From the human T2T-CHM13v2.0 reference genome, Homo sapiens, in NCBI RefSeq assembly GCF_009914755.1, contig NC_060925.1: DNA of 64,000 bases; one strand, given 5' to 3'. Positions 1 to 15,329 of the stretch are shown in pieces. Position 1 is the first letter of the stretch. Each line of letters begins with the position of its first letter. Under the pieces are notes generated by a model. It was not told where the DNA came from. It made no database searches and saw nothing but the letters and a program-made list of their open reading frames with translations. The translations under genes and the position numbers were made by a program.

Positions 1-532
1 AATTATCCTATTATTCAGAAAATTTTCACATCTACTCTCAAATTTCCAATGGAATTTTTAAGTCACAACTTGTAGACATTTCTGGAATTCATGTTTAAAA
101 ACAAACTGCTTATAAGTCTTTATAGCTAGGCAAAAGATTCTAAATGGCAGTTGTCACTTAAGATGAATATAAGATAATATGTTCAGTAGAACTGTTCTTT
201 ATATATGAATATTGCTAAGTTTTATTATTACTATAATAGCATTTGTTTAATCCATGAAAGCTGTTTTCAGAATTCCTCATGTGAACTCTTAGAAGAGGAT
301 ACATACATACACCTATATATAATTGTATTAGTATGTTGCTATAATGCCACAAGTCTAACTCTTGTTAAAGGGGGAAAAAAATCAACATTTTGACCAAAAC
401 ATGATAGTCCAGGATAACATAAATAAAACTGAGTCTTGAATTTTCACACCTTTATTCTTAAAGGAAATAAGGAGTTTTGGTAGTAAGCCATCTTCTCCTG
501 GTGACTTTCATTGTTCTTTCACAGATGTATTA

Positions 533-843
<311 letters not shown>

Positions 844-1560
844 ATTTGGACCATAACATGTAATTTATCAATGTATACTGATGGAAATTGTATTTGTGTA
901 TCTCAGAAAAAAATCTGACCAGTTGGTACAGTTGATCATTGCACACTCAATGAAATGCATCCCATATGAAAATACAACATGACCCATTCCCACTTCATTT
1001 AGGTTTCTCACTGATTCCATGGGACTTGAATTACTATTGTGATTGCAACATTTATTGATATTTATACTATGAATTCAGCCCTAAGTGGTTACCCAAGAGC
1101 ACATGGAAAGACCTTTTAAAGCAGAGCTTAAGCACTATACATTTATGAAGGAATTAATGTTCCTTTAATTCCTTTAAAAATGTCCTCTTATTCTTATTTA
1201 ATAAATGTTACAATTAAAGACTCTCAAGCACTCCTTACACACAGAACATATATAACAGTGATAATTGATTGACTTTTTTTAGAAGAACTCATTAGAAATG
1301 CAATAAAATAACCTGATAATTGCTCAGATTTATTGCTTAAGTACTTGGTTGTAATTTTGCATCTTAGTTGAAGTTTATCAGACTTTACTCTTAGATCTGA
1401 TTTTGTTCCTGGAAAAGGTACTATATAGTGAAATAATACAGAGTTGAACCTGATTTTCTTAACTAAATATGCCCTATTGAGATGTTAGGCTCTCTCCACA
1501 ATCTTTGATGCATGACTTTTAATAAAAATGTATATAAGTATATATAGATTGTCTTCTATA

Positions 1561-1869
<309 letters not shown>

Positions 1870-1934
1870 CTATATACTCTACTGTGTAAAGCTTATTAAT
1901 GTATTTATATATTTTGAAGTTAGAAAGGACAGTA

Positions 1935-2231
1935 GGCGGGGTGCAGTGTCTCACGCCTGTGAGCACTTTGGGAAGCCGAGACAGGTGGATCACGAAGTCA
2001 GAAGATTAAGACCATCCTGGCCAACATGGTGAAATCCCATCTCTCCTAAAAATACAAAAATTAGCTGGGTGTGGTGGCATGTGCCTGTAATCCTAGCTAC
2101 TCGGGAGGCTGAGGCAGGAAAACCGCTTGAACCAGGGAGTCAGAGGTTGCAGTAAGCCAAGATTGCGCCACTGCACTCCAGCCTGGTGACCGAGTGAGAC
2201 TCTGTCTCAAAAAAAAAAAAAAAAAAAAAAA
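1935..2231 (+). mobile_element. Alu (AluSc-like)
   Basis: Dimeric Alu, poly(A), TSD agaaaggac. Confidence 0.92.
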
Positions 2232-3569
2232 GAAAGGACCATAATGAATTGCATAAAATTATATTTTTTGATGTGGTATCAAAGTATATCATATTTGTTT
2301 TTATATTCCTCATAATTCCATGTTACCCACAATATAAGAAACCTGAAAGTAAAGAATCACTTTTAATCATGGTCACAGTATTCAGAATAGCTTTTTTGAG
2401 ATTTAACTGGTATTTTGAGAAGATTTTCTAGCCATAGGACACATCGCTCAGCTTCTGTCCCATTTACTCCTTCCCTCTTCCCTTTGCTCTTGGTCTTCCC
2501 CAGTCTTCTGTGACCTCTGTCAGTATATTTGAGCCTGTAACACAAGAGGTCACTGTGCTGATGGTGACCTAAAACTGAGAAATACAGGGAAACGTCCAGA
2601 CCAAAACTGGCAGCCAAAGAGAAGACATATAGAAGGCTATCGAGAAGCAGCTTGACTGGCCCGAGTTCCTTTATGTGCAGCCTATGTGCCAGAAGTGGGA
2701 ATCAGGTTTCCTCAAGTGTTTATACTTAAAATGTAACTTTTCCTCCCAAATTTAATATAAAAGCTTTGTAAATAAGCCACTACTTTGTATTCTGATGGTC
2801 TGTGGTCAATTGTATCATAGGAGTCAAATGTCTCTTGGTGGCCAGGGAGAGAGGTGTGTGTTGTGTTCTGTGTGAATTATTTGGTTATCCAATGAAGGAG
2901 ATGAGTACTTTGTATTACTCAGAAAGGATAGAGGATAAAGTGACTTGTAGTAGTCTAACATGGATACATGCTATTCCTAGTTCTATGCCCTTGATGTTCT
3001 CTAATGGAAAGCTTTCAAGACCATCTCCAAAAATGTCTGCTTTCATTTTATTTATCTGAACTGGCTGTTTCCAGTGAACTGTGGCCCGCTTCCTAGGCAG
3101 AGACCATACAATAGTTTATTCTCTCTAAAAGCTTTGAGTATTCCTGTCGTTCAGGGAGTAGCATGCAAGTCCTGGGAAATGGTATTTAAACAAGCTCAAC
3201 TTGACCATGATCGCTAAACAAAAGCCATCACTGGACATAGGCAGCCACTTTAGGTAACCATCATACAGATAGATACTCTGGAGAGTCACTTCCCTAGGGC
3301 TACCAGGCCTGAATGGAAAGATGTGAGTAAGGCTTTTGCCTCAGCAGGCTGTTTTTTTTAAAGCCTGCCTATCACTAATTTCCTCAGAAAAATCTGTGAA
3401 CATACCATGAAAAACAAAGAGATGGTTCCTTAGAAATTTATTGGTTACAAGTATTCCCAACTCTTTCCCTTAACAGTCCAAATTTAATTTTAGGTATCTG
3501 AGACCATATTTGAAGATCATTGAAATTACTTTTTTATATTTCCTTACAACTATGGAATTTTTATATTTA

Positions 3570-4228
3570 ACTGAGCTGTTTAAAGTTGAGATAAAATTAA
3601 TATACAGTTCATCATTTGTATATTTTAAAATATACAAAATATACAATTCACTGGTTTTTAGTATATTCACTGTGTTGTACAACTATCACCACTATCTAAT
3701 TCCAGAACATTTCTGTCACCCAAAAAAGAAACCTCCTATCTATTAGTTCAGTCCCAATTTCCCTTCCTCTAGTCCTCTGGCAACCATAAATCCATTCTCT
3801 TATCTTGACAGATTTACCTATTTCTGAACTTTTCACATAAATGGAATCATATGTGACCTTTTGTATTTGGCTTCTTTCACGTAACATGTTTTCAAGATTC
3901 ATCCATTTTGTAGCATGTAACAGTACTTCATTCCTTTTTATGGCCAAATAATATTCCATTGTATGGATATACCACATTTGTTTATTCATCAGTTGACAAA
4001 CATTTGGGTTATTTCCATTTTTTGCTATTTAATGGATAACAGTGCTATAAACATTCATGTACAGATTTTTTTGTGTGAGCATATGTTTTATGTTCTCTTA
4101 GGTATATACCTAGGAGTAGAATTGCTGGGTCATATGATAACTCTGTTTAACCTTTTAAAGAACTGCCAAAGTGTTTTCCACAGTGGTTGTATCATTTTAC
4201 ATTTCCACTAGCAAAGTATGAGGGCTCC
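3570..4228 (-). mobile_element. L1MB-type 3' end fragment
   Basis: Minus-strand ORF2 C-terminal remnant (MWYIHTMEYYLAIKRNE) plus an L1MB-like 3' UTR. Confidence 0.85.
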
Positions 4229-5792
4229 AAAGATTGAACTTTACAAATTATCTCATCTTGCTTCACACCCAGTAGTCATTTTAAAGGCTTATATATGCAG
4301 TTTCCCAAAAACTTAAATATGCCTAATCTCATTGATTTTAGGTTTTCATGGACATGTAACATCAATTTCTTATGTTTTAGGAATTTCTACTATACACGCA
4401 AAATGAGTACTTTCAAGCTAAAAACAAAGGTTACGGTGTTCATAGTGTTCAATTTGAAACCATATAAATGTCTGAACAGTAGCTACTGGTATTCTTTTGG
4501 ATTCCTCAGTATCCATAAAATTCATTTTTTGTTTCTTGCTTATATACATCTTGAATTTGTTATCTTATGATATTTACTATCCTATCACCTTTGTCATTGT
4601 GAAGTTTAAGTATTTACCTGTTTACTGAGGATTAAGCAATAATTAGATTATTTCTATACGTTCCCATACTTATTGCTGAGAGTTTATGTAAGAAAAACAT
4701 ATCTTTAAATTGAAATAACTTTACCCTCAGCCAACAGAACTATATGGGAATCTAGATAGTTTCTAAAGAAATAATACTTGTTCAAAGTTTTAATCAAAGC
4801 CAATTTTCTACATTAATTTTCCCCACAGAATTCCCTATATCTTTGGCAGTTTTATAATGCTACTCTTTTTTTTATTCATAAGTAGTTGAGTGTCTCCAAC
4901 TTCAGGCCATACTCCACATTAAAAGTCACCAAGGATCCTGAGCAAAAAGATGTGCACTCCAACTTCACTATCCCAAGCAGCAGCAGTGGTGGTGATGACA
5001 GCAGTTAGCAGCAGTTGGCCCTTGCAAATCACAGCCTTGATTTTAGGAGCCAGTCCCTAGATCTGCTAGTGCCATCATCACATCCTGATTGAGCTCCCTG
5101 AGAGCTAGGAAGCATGAAGCTTAAGGGAACTGTTAACCTTAGCATCGGGGTCTGCCACTATAAGGGTGTGATAATCATTGTGTGTGGAAGCCATAGTTGA
5201 TTACATTTCAATCTTAGAGTATTGAAAAAAAGCTGGAGACACTATTCTGAGAGAATTGTTACAAGGCAACAATGATAAAGAAAAGCTTTTCCAGCATTCA
5301 TCTGCCAAGCTGTTCTATAGATCTGTCACAAACAGGAATTAGATATAAAGTTGTAAAGTCACTGGAACCCAGCCCTTTAAACAAACCTATGTGTAATATA
5401 TCACCACAAAGTGAGTTACAAAGAACTTTTTTCTTTTGAATTAGAAATATCAGTGGAAAGCATCCCTGCTTCCTTATTAATGGGTAAACCTAAAGCATTA
5501 AATGCAAACATTAACAGGACATAAACCATCTGTTATAAGAAAAACATTTTATTTTATTTGGCTATCATAGTTTCTTATAATCAAAGTTTTTATCTCTGTT
5601 TTCTAGATAGTAGTTCTGAAATGGAAAGTTCATAGTGACATACTTCTTAATATTATATTCTTCTTGTCTACTTTTTTTGTTTCTCTTGGAAGTCCTTTAA
5701 TGGTACTAACCTCACATGCCTCTTGGTTTTTCAAATTTGGGGACATTAGCTTTGTGCCTAAAATTAAATAAATGCAATTTTAATTTATGTAA

Positions 5793-6050
<258 letters not shown>

Positions 6051-6584
6051 CCTTATGTCATTAATTTTTATTTAACATTTTTTTTAATATAATTATTCTA
6101 CCCCATAGACTACCTTTAACTATACAAGGGTCTCTTGAAACCCTAAACTCAGTCTCATTCTGGATATATCCTATTTTTGTTCCTAACTATCAGTGTAGCC
6201 TTGTACAAGTTACTTAACTTCATTGACTATTGTTGGCAGTATGAGGGATTGGAGTAAATCCAGGTTAAATCAACTTGGTAGTACTAATTCAAGTATGAGG
6301 TGTAAAAAGTAAGAAACTGTTTTCATGCGATATATCAAAGGCTTCTGAAAGAGATAAAGATGAGTATATTTAGCATAGGAAACAATTTAATTTTGCAAAT
6401 GGAGTTCCATGGTGACACTGTCCAAGTGTTATACTTTGTTAGGTATCTCCATCATAAGCTTGGCAGGGAAATACTAGTCAGTCACTCTTTCTATGGAAAG
6501 ATTTCAGAGTACTCATTTAAGAAAGTGAGAGGAACACCCCCAAGATGCCTTCTCTTTCTAGTGCAGACTTTAGTTGACATTATA

Positions 6585-6812
6585 CAGGTTAAGTATTAGA
6601 AATCCAAAATCCAAAATGCTCCAAAATCCGAAACTTTTTCAGCACCAACATGATGCTCAAAGGAAATACTCATTGGAGTGTTTCAGATTTTGGATTTTTG
6701 GATTAGGGATGTTCAACCAGTAAGTATAATGCAAGTATTCCAAAATTCTAAAAAATCCAAACTCCAAAACAGTTCTGGTCCCAAGCATTTTAGATAAGGG
6801 ATACTCAAACTA
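6585..6812. mobile_element. Tigger4a/Zombi-type (MER46-like) non-autonomous DNA transposon
   Basis: TA|caggttaagta...gatactcaaacta|TA termini; internal aaatccaaaatgctccaaaatccgaaac. Confidence 0.8.
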
Positions 6813-7029
6813 TATTGCTCTTCATATCAAAGATATGGAACTTTTCCTCAAATGCAAAAGGAGAACGTGGAGTGGTTTAGTATCTGCACATTATAATAAA
6901 GGTGGTAAAGAGCAAAATGAAATGTGTAAATTAATTTTTTAAATGTTAAAATATGTTTTAAAACTGTTTTACTTACAGAATCCTCACTCCAACTGTGGGC
7001 CTTTTTTTCCTCATCCAATTTATTCTTTA

Positions 7030-7178
7030 CATTTTATTTATTTATTTTTTAATTTTTTTAGTAGAGACGGGGTTTCACCATCTTGGCCAGGCTGGTCTCA
7101 ACTCCTGGTTTCAAGTGATCCACCTGCCTCAGCCTCCCAAAGTGCTAGGATTACAGGTGTGAGCCACCATGCCCAGCC
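7030..7178 (-). mobile_element. Alu left monomer / FLAM
   Basis: Reverse-complement Alu left arm only. Confidence 0.8.
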
Positions 7179-7316
7179 TATTATTTATATTTTATTCTGG
7201 GAATAAGTATCAACAATGAATAGAAAAGTCTAGAAAGTTATTTTATGTGAGAGTTTCTGATTCTTCAAATCACATTTAAGGAATTTTTTAGAAAATAGCT
7301 CTGGAATAACATTTTC

Positions 7317-7637
7317 CTTTTTTTGTTTTTATTTTTTGAGACAGAATCTCTCTCTATCACCCAGGCTGCAGTACAGGTGACCTGATCTTGGCTTACTGCA
7401 ACCTCCGCCTCCTGGGTTCAAGCAATCCTCCTGCCTCAGCCTTCCAAGTAGCTGGGATTATAGGTGTGTGTCACCACTCCTGGCTAATTGTTTTTTTTTT
7501 TTTTTTTCTGTATTTTTAGTAGAGATGGGGTTTTGCCATGTTGGCCAGACTGGTCTCGAACTCCTGGCCTCAAGTGATCTGCCCACCTCAGCCTTCCGAA
7601 GTGCTGGGATTACAGGCATGAGCCACCACACCTGGCC
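7317..7637 (-). mobile_element. Alu (AluS-like)
   Basis: Full reverse-complement Alu. Confidence 0.92.
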
Positions 7638-7676
7638 CATTTTCCTTTTTTATTCTCTACTTTTTTTGTCTCATTA

Positions 7677-7988
<312 letters not shown>

Positions 7989-7993
7989 GGATT

Positions 7994-7996
<3 letters not shown>

Positions 7997-8023
<27 letters not shown>
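7997..8023. repeat. (CA)n microsatellite
   Basis: Direct reading. Confidence 0.95.
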
Positions 8024-8029
<6 letters not shown>

Positions 8030-8439
8030 ATGTTTATTGAGCAATGCTATGAGTAAGACTGTGTCTTAGACCCTGTAGGGAATACAAAGATTAAACAAAT
8101 CCCTTTCCCTCAAACACTTTACAGCCTACTGGAGGTTGAGGAAAGGGAGAAATCATGTGCACAAGTAGCTACAATAAAAAATTGAATGTGTTAAATGCCA
8201 AAAAAGAAAAAGGCACAAAATATTGTTGGGATTCATAGAAGTAAAAGATTTCAATTGGGAGGTTATAACAGAAGTAAAAGATCTGTTTGGGGGGCCATAC
8301 AAAGTTGATGGGTTCAAAAGACAGAAAGGATTTCAAGAAATAGAACAGATGAGAGTATTCTAGGAAGTACCTATAGCGTGAAAAAAGCAAGATAAGGCTG
8401 ATAACTAGAAGGAAAGGTTGGGTCTGTTGTACTGATGGA

Positions 8440-8735
8440 TTTTTTTTGTTTGTTTTCAGACACAGTCTCTGTTGCCCAGGCTTGAGTGCAGTGACATGAT
8501 CTTGGCTCACTGCAACCTCTGCTTCCCAGGTTCAGGTGATTCTTGTGCCTCATCCTCATGAGTGCTGAAGACTATAGGCATGCGCCACCACACCCAGCTA
8601 ATTTTTGTATTTTTAATAGAGATGGGGTTTTGCCATGTTGGCCAGGCTGGTCTCGAACTCTTGGCCTAAAGTGATCTGCCTGCCTTGGCCTCCCAAAGTG
8701 TTGGGATTACAGGCGTGAGCCACCATACCCTGCCC
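8440..8735 (-). mobile_element. Alu
   Basis: Full reverse-complement Alu; a partial Alu follows at about 8810-8945. Confidence 0.9.
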
Positions 8736-9494
8736 CTGAGATAAATTCTTTAATGGCAGACAAACTTAATTCAGTGGGTAATGAAAGTCATTTAAATTTT
8801 TTGTTTTTGTTTTTTGTGGAGTTTCATTTGCTCGTTTGTTTGTTTTAGACACAGGATCTCGCCCTGTTGCCTAGGCTGCGGTGCAGTGGCGTGATCATAG
8901 CCCACTGTAACCTCAAACTCCTGGGTTCAAGTGATCCTCCCTTCATGTAAGTTTTGAGTAGAATAACATCATAAAATCTGTGTTTTAGGAAGGTTAGTCT
9001 TTCAGAGATCTGGAGCCAGATCTGATACTATCTTCCACCTTGCCTCAGCCCTTCAAAGGCTTTCAATTGCTCTTAAAGAAAAACTTTTTATTGTGGCCTA
9101 CATACCCCTGTGGTCTAGCCCTTCTTTCTTCTCCAGCCTCATCTCACACCATCCTACCTTGTTCTCCCATTCCGGTCACTCTGACCTTCTTTCATATGTT
9201 TCTCATCATAGTCTTTACCACTGTAGCACACAGGTCCAGAATGTTCTCTCCCCTCTTCCCTTGGTTAATTCCTCTTCATCTTTCAGAACTTGAGGAAGTG
9301 TTTCCTCCTCACGAAACTTTCCCTGACTTCCCTGACTAGATAAAATATCTCTATACATAGGCCTTTACAACACTATATACTTTTCTTTCTTAGCACTTAT
9401 CCTGTTTTCAGTTTTATATTTAATTGTATGATTACTTGATTAATGTATGCTTGTCTCACTGTACTTAAAATTTTTAGGGGCTGGCTCATCTTTA

Positions 9495-9789
9495 TTTTTT
9501 TTCCTTTTGAGACAGGGTCTCGCTCTGTCACCCAGGCTAAAGTGCAGTGGCACAGTCGCAGCTCACTAAAGCCTTAATCTCCTGAGTTCAAGTGATCCTC
9601 CTTCCTCAGCCTCCCGTGCAGCTGGGACCATAGGCATGCACCATCCTGCTCAGCTTTAAAAAAAAAAATTGTAGAGATAGGGGTCTCACTTTGTTGCCCA
9701 GGCTGGTCTTGAACTCCTAAACTTAAGTGATCCCCAACCTTGGCCTCCCAAAGTGCTGGGATTACAGGTGTGAGCCACCATGCCCAGCC
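9495..9789 (-). mobile_element. Alu (AluJ-like) within L2-like sequence
   Basis: Reverse-complement Alu, TSD-like tcatcttta. Confidence 0.88.
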
Positions 9790-10201
9790 TATTCATCTTT
9801 AAATTTAAAAAAAACAAAACAGAAAAAACAAATAGACCTATCCTTTGTTCTTGACCTCAGGCTATCATCCACTCACCTACCAAACTTCTTGAAGAGCAAG
9901 TCTGCTCTCAGTAATTCCAGTGCTTCTCATTAATCCTTTGCATTCTGTATCTTGCCCCCACCTTTTATGGAATTGATTTTCTCAAAGCCTCTACTAGTAA
10001 CAGCCTAGTTAAACAAAGAGCAATGAGGCAATGAAATGAAAAGGAAGAGACAAATTATGAGAAACACTACAGCTCTAGAATCCACAGGATTTTGAAAAGC
10101 TGGGGAAAGTCAAACATAATTTTAAGATATTAAGACAGGTGGCTGTGAAGATACTGATGCCTTCTGGGAAGTAGGTAGGAAGAACTGATTGGAAGAGATG
10201 A

Positions 10202-10521
<320 letters not shown>

Positions 10522-11979
10522 AATGCACTTGGTTTTATACCTGTTTTGCAAGTGCTGAGACTTCCTGTTCAATTTAAGATTTAGGCAGATTATCAGTTAG
10601 ATGGCTCCCTGACAGGAGTTGAAAATGTGGAACTAGAGCTGAAGAATGGTGATGAAAATCAGAGACCTAGATTTTAGTGTCAGCATTGGGATGGATGAAA
10701 TGGCAAGAGGCAGAGGATGTTAAATGCAGAGTCAAGATGGGACAGAACTTTGTGGGACAGCTGGATCAAGGCCAAGGATGCCTGAAGAATACAGAGAAAG
10801 CAGAAAAGGGGAGGGAGGGGAAACAGACACTTTGAGCACCAACTAAATGCAAACACTGCTAGACTCTACATTATTTTATTTGATTCTCACAATTCAGTCT
10901 GGTAAGTGGTAGTGTTCCACTCACCAACGGAAGAAATAGGCTCTGTAAAAACATATACTTTGCCCAAGGTCAGAGCTAAGATTCAGACTCAGACCCTATC
11001 TGACTTCAAAATATGTACTTTGCACTGCAGTGTGCCTCAGACAGGTATGTAATCAACCAGAACACTGTTAAAGAGTCCAAAGTAAGTTTAAGTGTCAAGA
11101 AAAATGTAGTAACTACCTTTCTAGAGATGAAGTAGTTGCTGTCTGCTAAACGAAAATGAGAATAAGGACTAAGGACTGTGGTCCTGGCAATTAGGTGGTG
11201 TGGGTAACCTTCAAGAAAGCAGTTTCTACAGAATGATAGGAGTGGAGACCAGATTGCAAAGGCTGCTATAGTATTACATATGGTGTTGGGGCACTAGACG
11301 GAGCAAATGCCGACTACTCTTTTCTTATGGTTGGCAAAAGCAGAAAGGAGAGGGAGTTTATAATCCAATATGATATGATAAATTGTCAGAAGATTCTCAG
11401 GATAGTGGAAGTTTGAGCATTTTGGTAGCAGAGGGGAAGGAGACATTAGACAGGCAAGGCTGGAAGAACTAGAGGGTAACTGGTGGAATGTGGCCCATGA
11501 AGAGACTGGGAATGACATCAAAGGTGTATTTGCCTCTTTTTCTTTCCTAACTCCTTTCACCCACTTTCCTACATATCTGCAACATATTTCTCTCTCCTTG
11601 CCTTAAATGTCAGTGTTATTTGGTAACATTTTGCCTCCTGTTCTTAATTTCAAAAGTGCAGAAACCAAACCTTGTATATTTCAGCTCCCAAAAACCCATA
11701 TTGTTAATTTTCATTACTGTTACATTCATTACTGTATTATTAGTTTCATTCTGGCTCTGATTGATTCTTACCTCCCTTTCTCCACAGGTCAATTATTCCC
11801 CTAGGAGAATTAATTTAGGCATTTCTGAGCTTGAGTTGTACAGCCACTATGTTTAATTATGGTGACTAACCTTTATTTTCTCATATTCATGACTTTTACC
11901 TTCCCCTGCCTTCTCACCTTCCATGACCCACAAGTCGGTTTTAGGAACATAAACATGTAATTTACCAAAAGCAAAAAGC

Positions 11980-12058
11980 ATATATATATATATAATATAT
12001 ATATACACACACACACACATATATATATATACACACACATAAACACACACACACACAC
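11980..12058. repeat. Compound (TA)n/(CA)n microsatellite
   Basis: Direct reading. Confidence 0.95.
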
Positions 12059-14482
12059 GTAAGTTTCTACATGAGAATAAGAGAATTTCCATTTATCCAA
12101 TATTGTGTTTGGACAATATGTAAACAGTGCTAAACCAGGAAAGATACCTATAGTAAGTGAGGTAAATTTGAAGCAGTTTTCTTACCAAAACATAATCTCC
12201 ATGCAGTCAAATACATTGTCTGGATTACTTTTGTCTTCCTAGTGCCAAGCACTTACTCTAGCACTTAGTAAGCATTCAGTGAATATTTGTTGATACATCA
12301 AAAGAATGAATGGATGGGAAAAACTTGGATAAATTATTGTTGATATTATGGACTTATGGCATAGATTTGATAACACTGGTAAAATTGCATTGCACGTGAA
12401 AAAACAAAAATAGTTGCTTACTATTGTGACTGAAGAAAAGACTTTCATTATAGAGATGTAATCTGTATAATGATTCATATTTTCCCATGTGAATACAGTC
12501 TGATAAAGATGGGACTATTTAGCCTTAAAAGAATTGCTACTTTTAACCAAATCCAGCATTGCCTTTTTGCAAATACAATTTTTATAAAATCTTTAATAAA
12601 ATTAACAAAAAACAAAGTTAGATGTAAATGTGAGATTATCTTTTAATTCATTAGTTATAAAATTAGTAAACACTTTAACTTTTTAAAATGTTTCTTTGAT
12701 TCAAAACTTTATTCCAAATATTGCTTTTATCTTCCATGGACGTAACTGTTTTCTCTTCTGTGGACTGACAAAATAGAAGAATTGGTTATAGAGCAGTTAA
12801 TCACCAGGTCGATAGAGGTGGCACTAAGTCTTTTAGTTATTTATCTGATGCATCACAGATACAATTCTGGAGAATTCTTTAAATGTTTTACATGTTGATA
12901 TTTGTTCGTTGAATTGGAAGCATTTATCAAATATTAATGGGTCCTAATGGAAATTTTTTACTCAAGAGGCAAACTCTTCCTTTAACTAGTTTTACTGAAT
13001 GTATTTTAAAACATAGCCTTGCAAACTTAAATGAAAGTTATAAGGAGAAAAAAATTATTCCCAGGTGTATTAAGAGTGCTCGTTAAATTCAAGATCCTGA
13101 TCACCGAGTGTGTTTTCTCCTCTGTTGTTAAACACTTCCATTTAGATTGTATATTATAGAGACTCAACAGCTTTTAAATATTCTTCCTGCCTCTGGCTTT
13201 TCTCATTCTGATAATTCCAGTTAACCAATAAAGTCCTGTGGTTTTTGGAAGCAAAATTCAAATGCTTCCATTTTATTCCTTGTTTAAATATTTTTACAAA
13301 GTTTTAAAGCAGATTTTACAAGCCAGAATGGTGAAAAAGAGCCTGGAATTTTCTGCTTCTCACTATTGGCTGTTTGTGTTGTCCCACCATTCGCTTTGAA
13401 TGAGTTTGGGATTTGGCTGTTTGTCATTTTAGTACAGCTCAAGTATAATCTGCCTTAAAGATGGGAACATATCAGAATACACAAGGCTTAACATTGAAAA
13501 TTCCGAGTGCAGCAAAAGCACTTCAGAAACTGCTCAAAACTGCTTGGTGAACACCTGCAATTTTTGTGGTGGTGAAAAGACATTACAGTAATTGAATCTC
13601 CAGGACTATTTCCATTTTATTTATATACTAATTTTCTTTTCAGTGAGTTTTGAGGCCCCACATTATAATGTTTTTTATCACTTACAGGTTTTTCATTGCA
13701 ATGAGTGACAAATCTGCTGCACTGCAAAAATGTTTCATGAGAATAAAAAAATTGCCAGGTTATAACTAGTATTATTCTGGTTTCAGTGCAGAAAAAAATG
13801 TTGCTCTAAAATACTAAGACTTACACAACTTTTACATGCTCCAAAATCAATCCAGTTCCCAAACATATAAAATTAAGTGCCACTAGCTAATTCTTTGCAG
13901 CCAAGGTTATACATTGAGATAGAAGGTTATACATTGAAAGTAGGAGTAAAATCTATACTCCTTCTCCAGGGGGAAAAAAATGCACATTTGAAAAAATAAA
14001 AGCCTTTTTATAATTTGAAGGAGTCTATGAACCCCTGCATCTCAAGTTAAGATAAGGAAGTGGAGTCAGTAAACGTTGGCTTCTCTTTTGAGGAACCTGA
14101 TGATAAGGGTAGGAAAGAGATTGAACAGTAACCATTTGTTTTGGATAGAAACAGACTTAAGCATACGGTATGGAGAAGGAGCCAATAAAGAAAAATAATT
14201 TGAAGCTGCGGGCAAGGTAGATACACATGATGGAACAGGGCAGGTCTCAGAGGAGGCACAAGGAAATGTGATCATGGCACAGGCAGATGGAATAGTGTGA
14301 ACAGGAGAGAAATACTACATCTTCTGAGACAGGAAGAAAAGAACAGCGTGGCTGCAGATGCATTTATAGGTAGAAGGGAGAGATTTTTACATCATGCCTA
14401 ACAACTTCATTTTTCAGTGAAGTAGGGTATGAGGTTCTCTTCTAAGAGTACAGAAGTTACAGTTGTATAAAGAGTGAAAACA

Positions 14483-14964
14483 CAATTGACCCTTGAACAA
14501 CATGGGTTTATGGGTTTGAACTGTGCAAGTCCACTTCTATGCGGATATTTTTCCACCTCTGCCACACTTAAGATAGCAAGACCAACCCCACTTCTCTTTC
14601 TCCTCCTCCTCAGCCTACTCAATGTGAAGACAAGGATAAAGACCTTTATGATGATCTACTTCCACTTAATGAATAGTAAATATATTTTCTCTTCTTTATG
14701 ATTTGCTTAACATTTTTTTTCCTCTAGCTTACTTTATTATAAGGATCTAATACATATCCTTACATATGCATTATGTAATATTTATTATAAGCATATAACA
14801 TAAAATATGTGTTAATCGACTGCTTATGTTGTCTCTAAGGCTTCTGGTCAACAGTAGGCTATTTATAGTTAAGTTTTGGGGAGTCAAAAGTTATATACAG
14901 ATTTTCAACTGCATGGGGGAGGGGGTCAGTGTCCCTAATGCCTGCATTGCTCAGGGGTCAACTG
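14483..14964. mobile_element. Tigger2a (MER28-like) DNA transposon
   Basis: Terminal inverted repeats caattgacccttgaacaa...ttgctcaggggtcaactg|TA and the characteristic internal cctcagcctactcaatgtgaagac. Confidence 0.85.
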
Positions 14965-15329
14965 TAATGATAATGGAGTAGTCATTGAGAGGATCCAGAA
15001 AAGGAGCTAATTCAGGGTGAGAGAAAATTGACAAGTGACATTAAGTATCCAGATGAGGCTACAGATCATGGATTTGTAGTGGTATCGACCTTCAGGGTTC
15101 CCTTCTTCCCCATATCTCCATACCACCAGTAGTTTCCAGCCATCTATTATAGGTATGGAGAAAGCAGATTGCAACATTTATCTCAGGGTGTAGGTTTTGC
15201 TAGGTAGAAAAGCTAAAGCAAGGATGCAAGAGGTTTGGAAGAGTACTAATGAGATAATAGTTCAAAAAATCAAGACAAATATAAGGAAGAAAAGTAGAGT
15301 TACCTAGAAAGAAAATTGGTCATCCTCAT

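Noticed and set aside
13903-13937. Direct repeat aaggttatacattga x2 (period 20)
   Set aside because: Simple local duplication, two copies only; not an array
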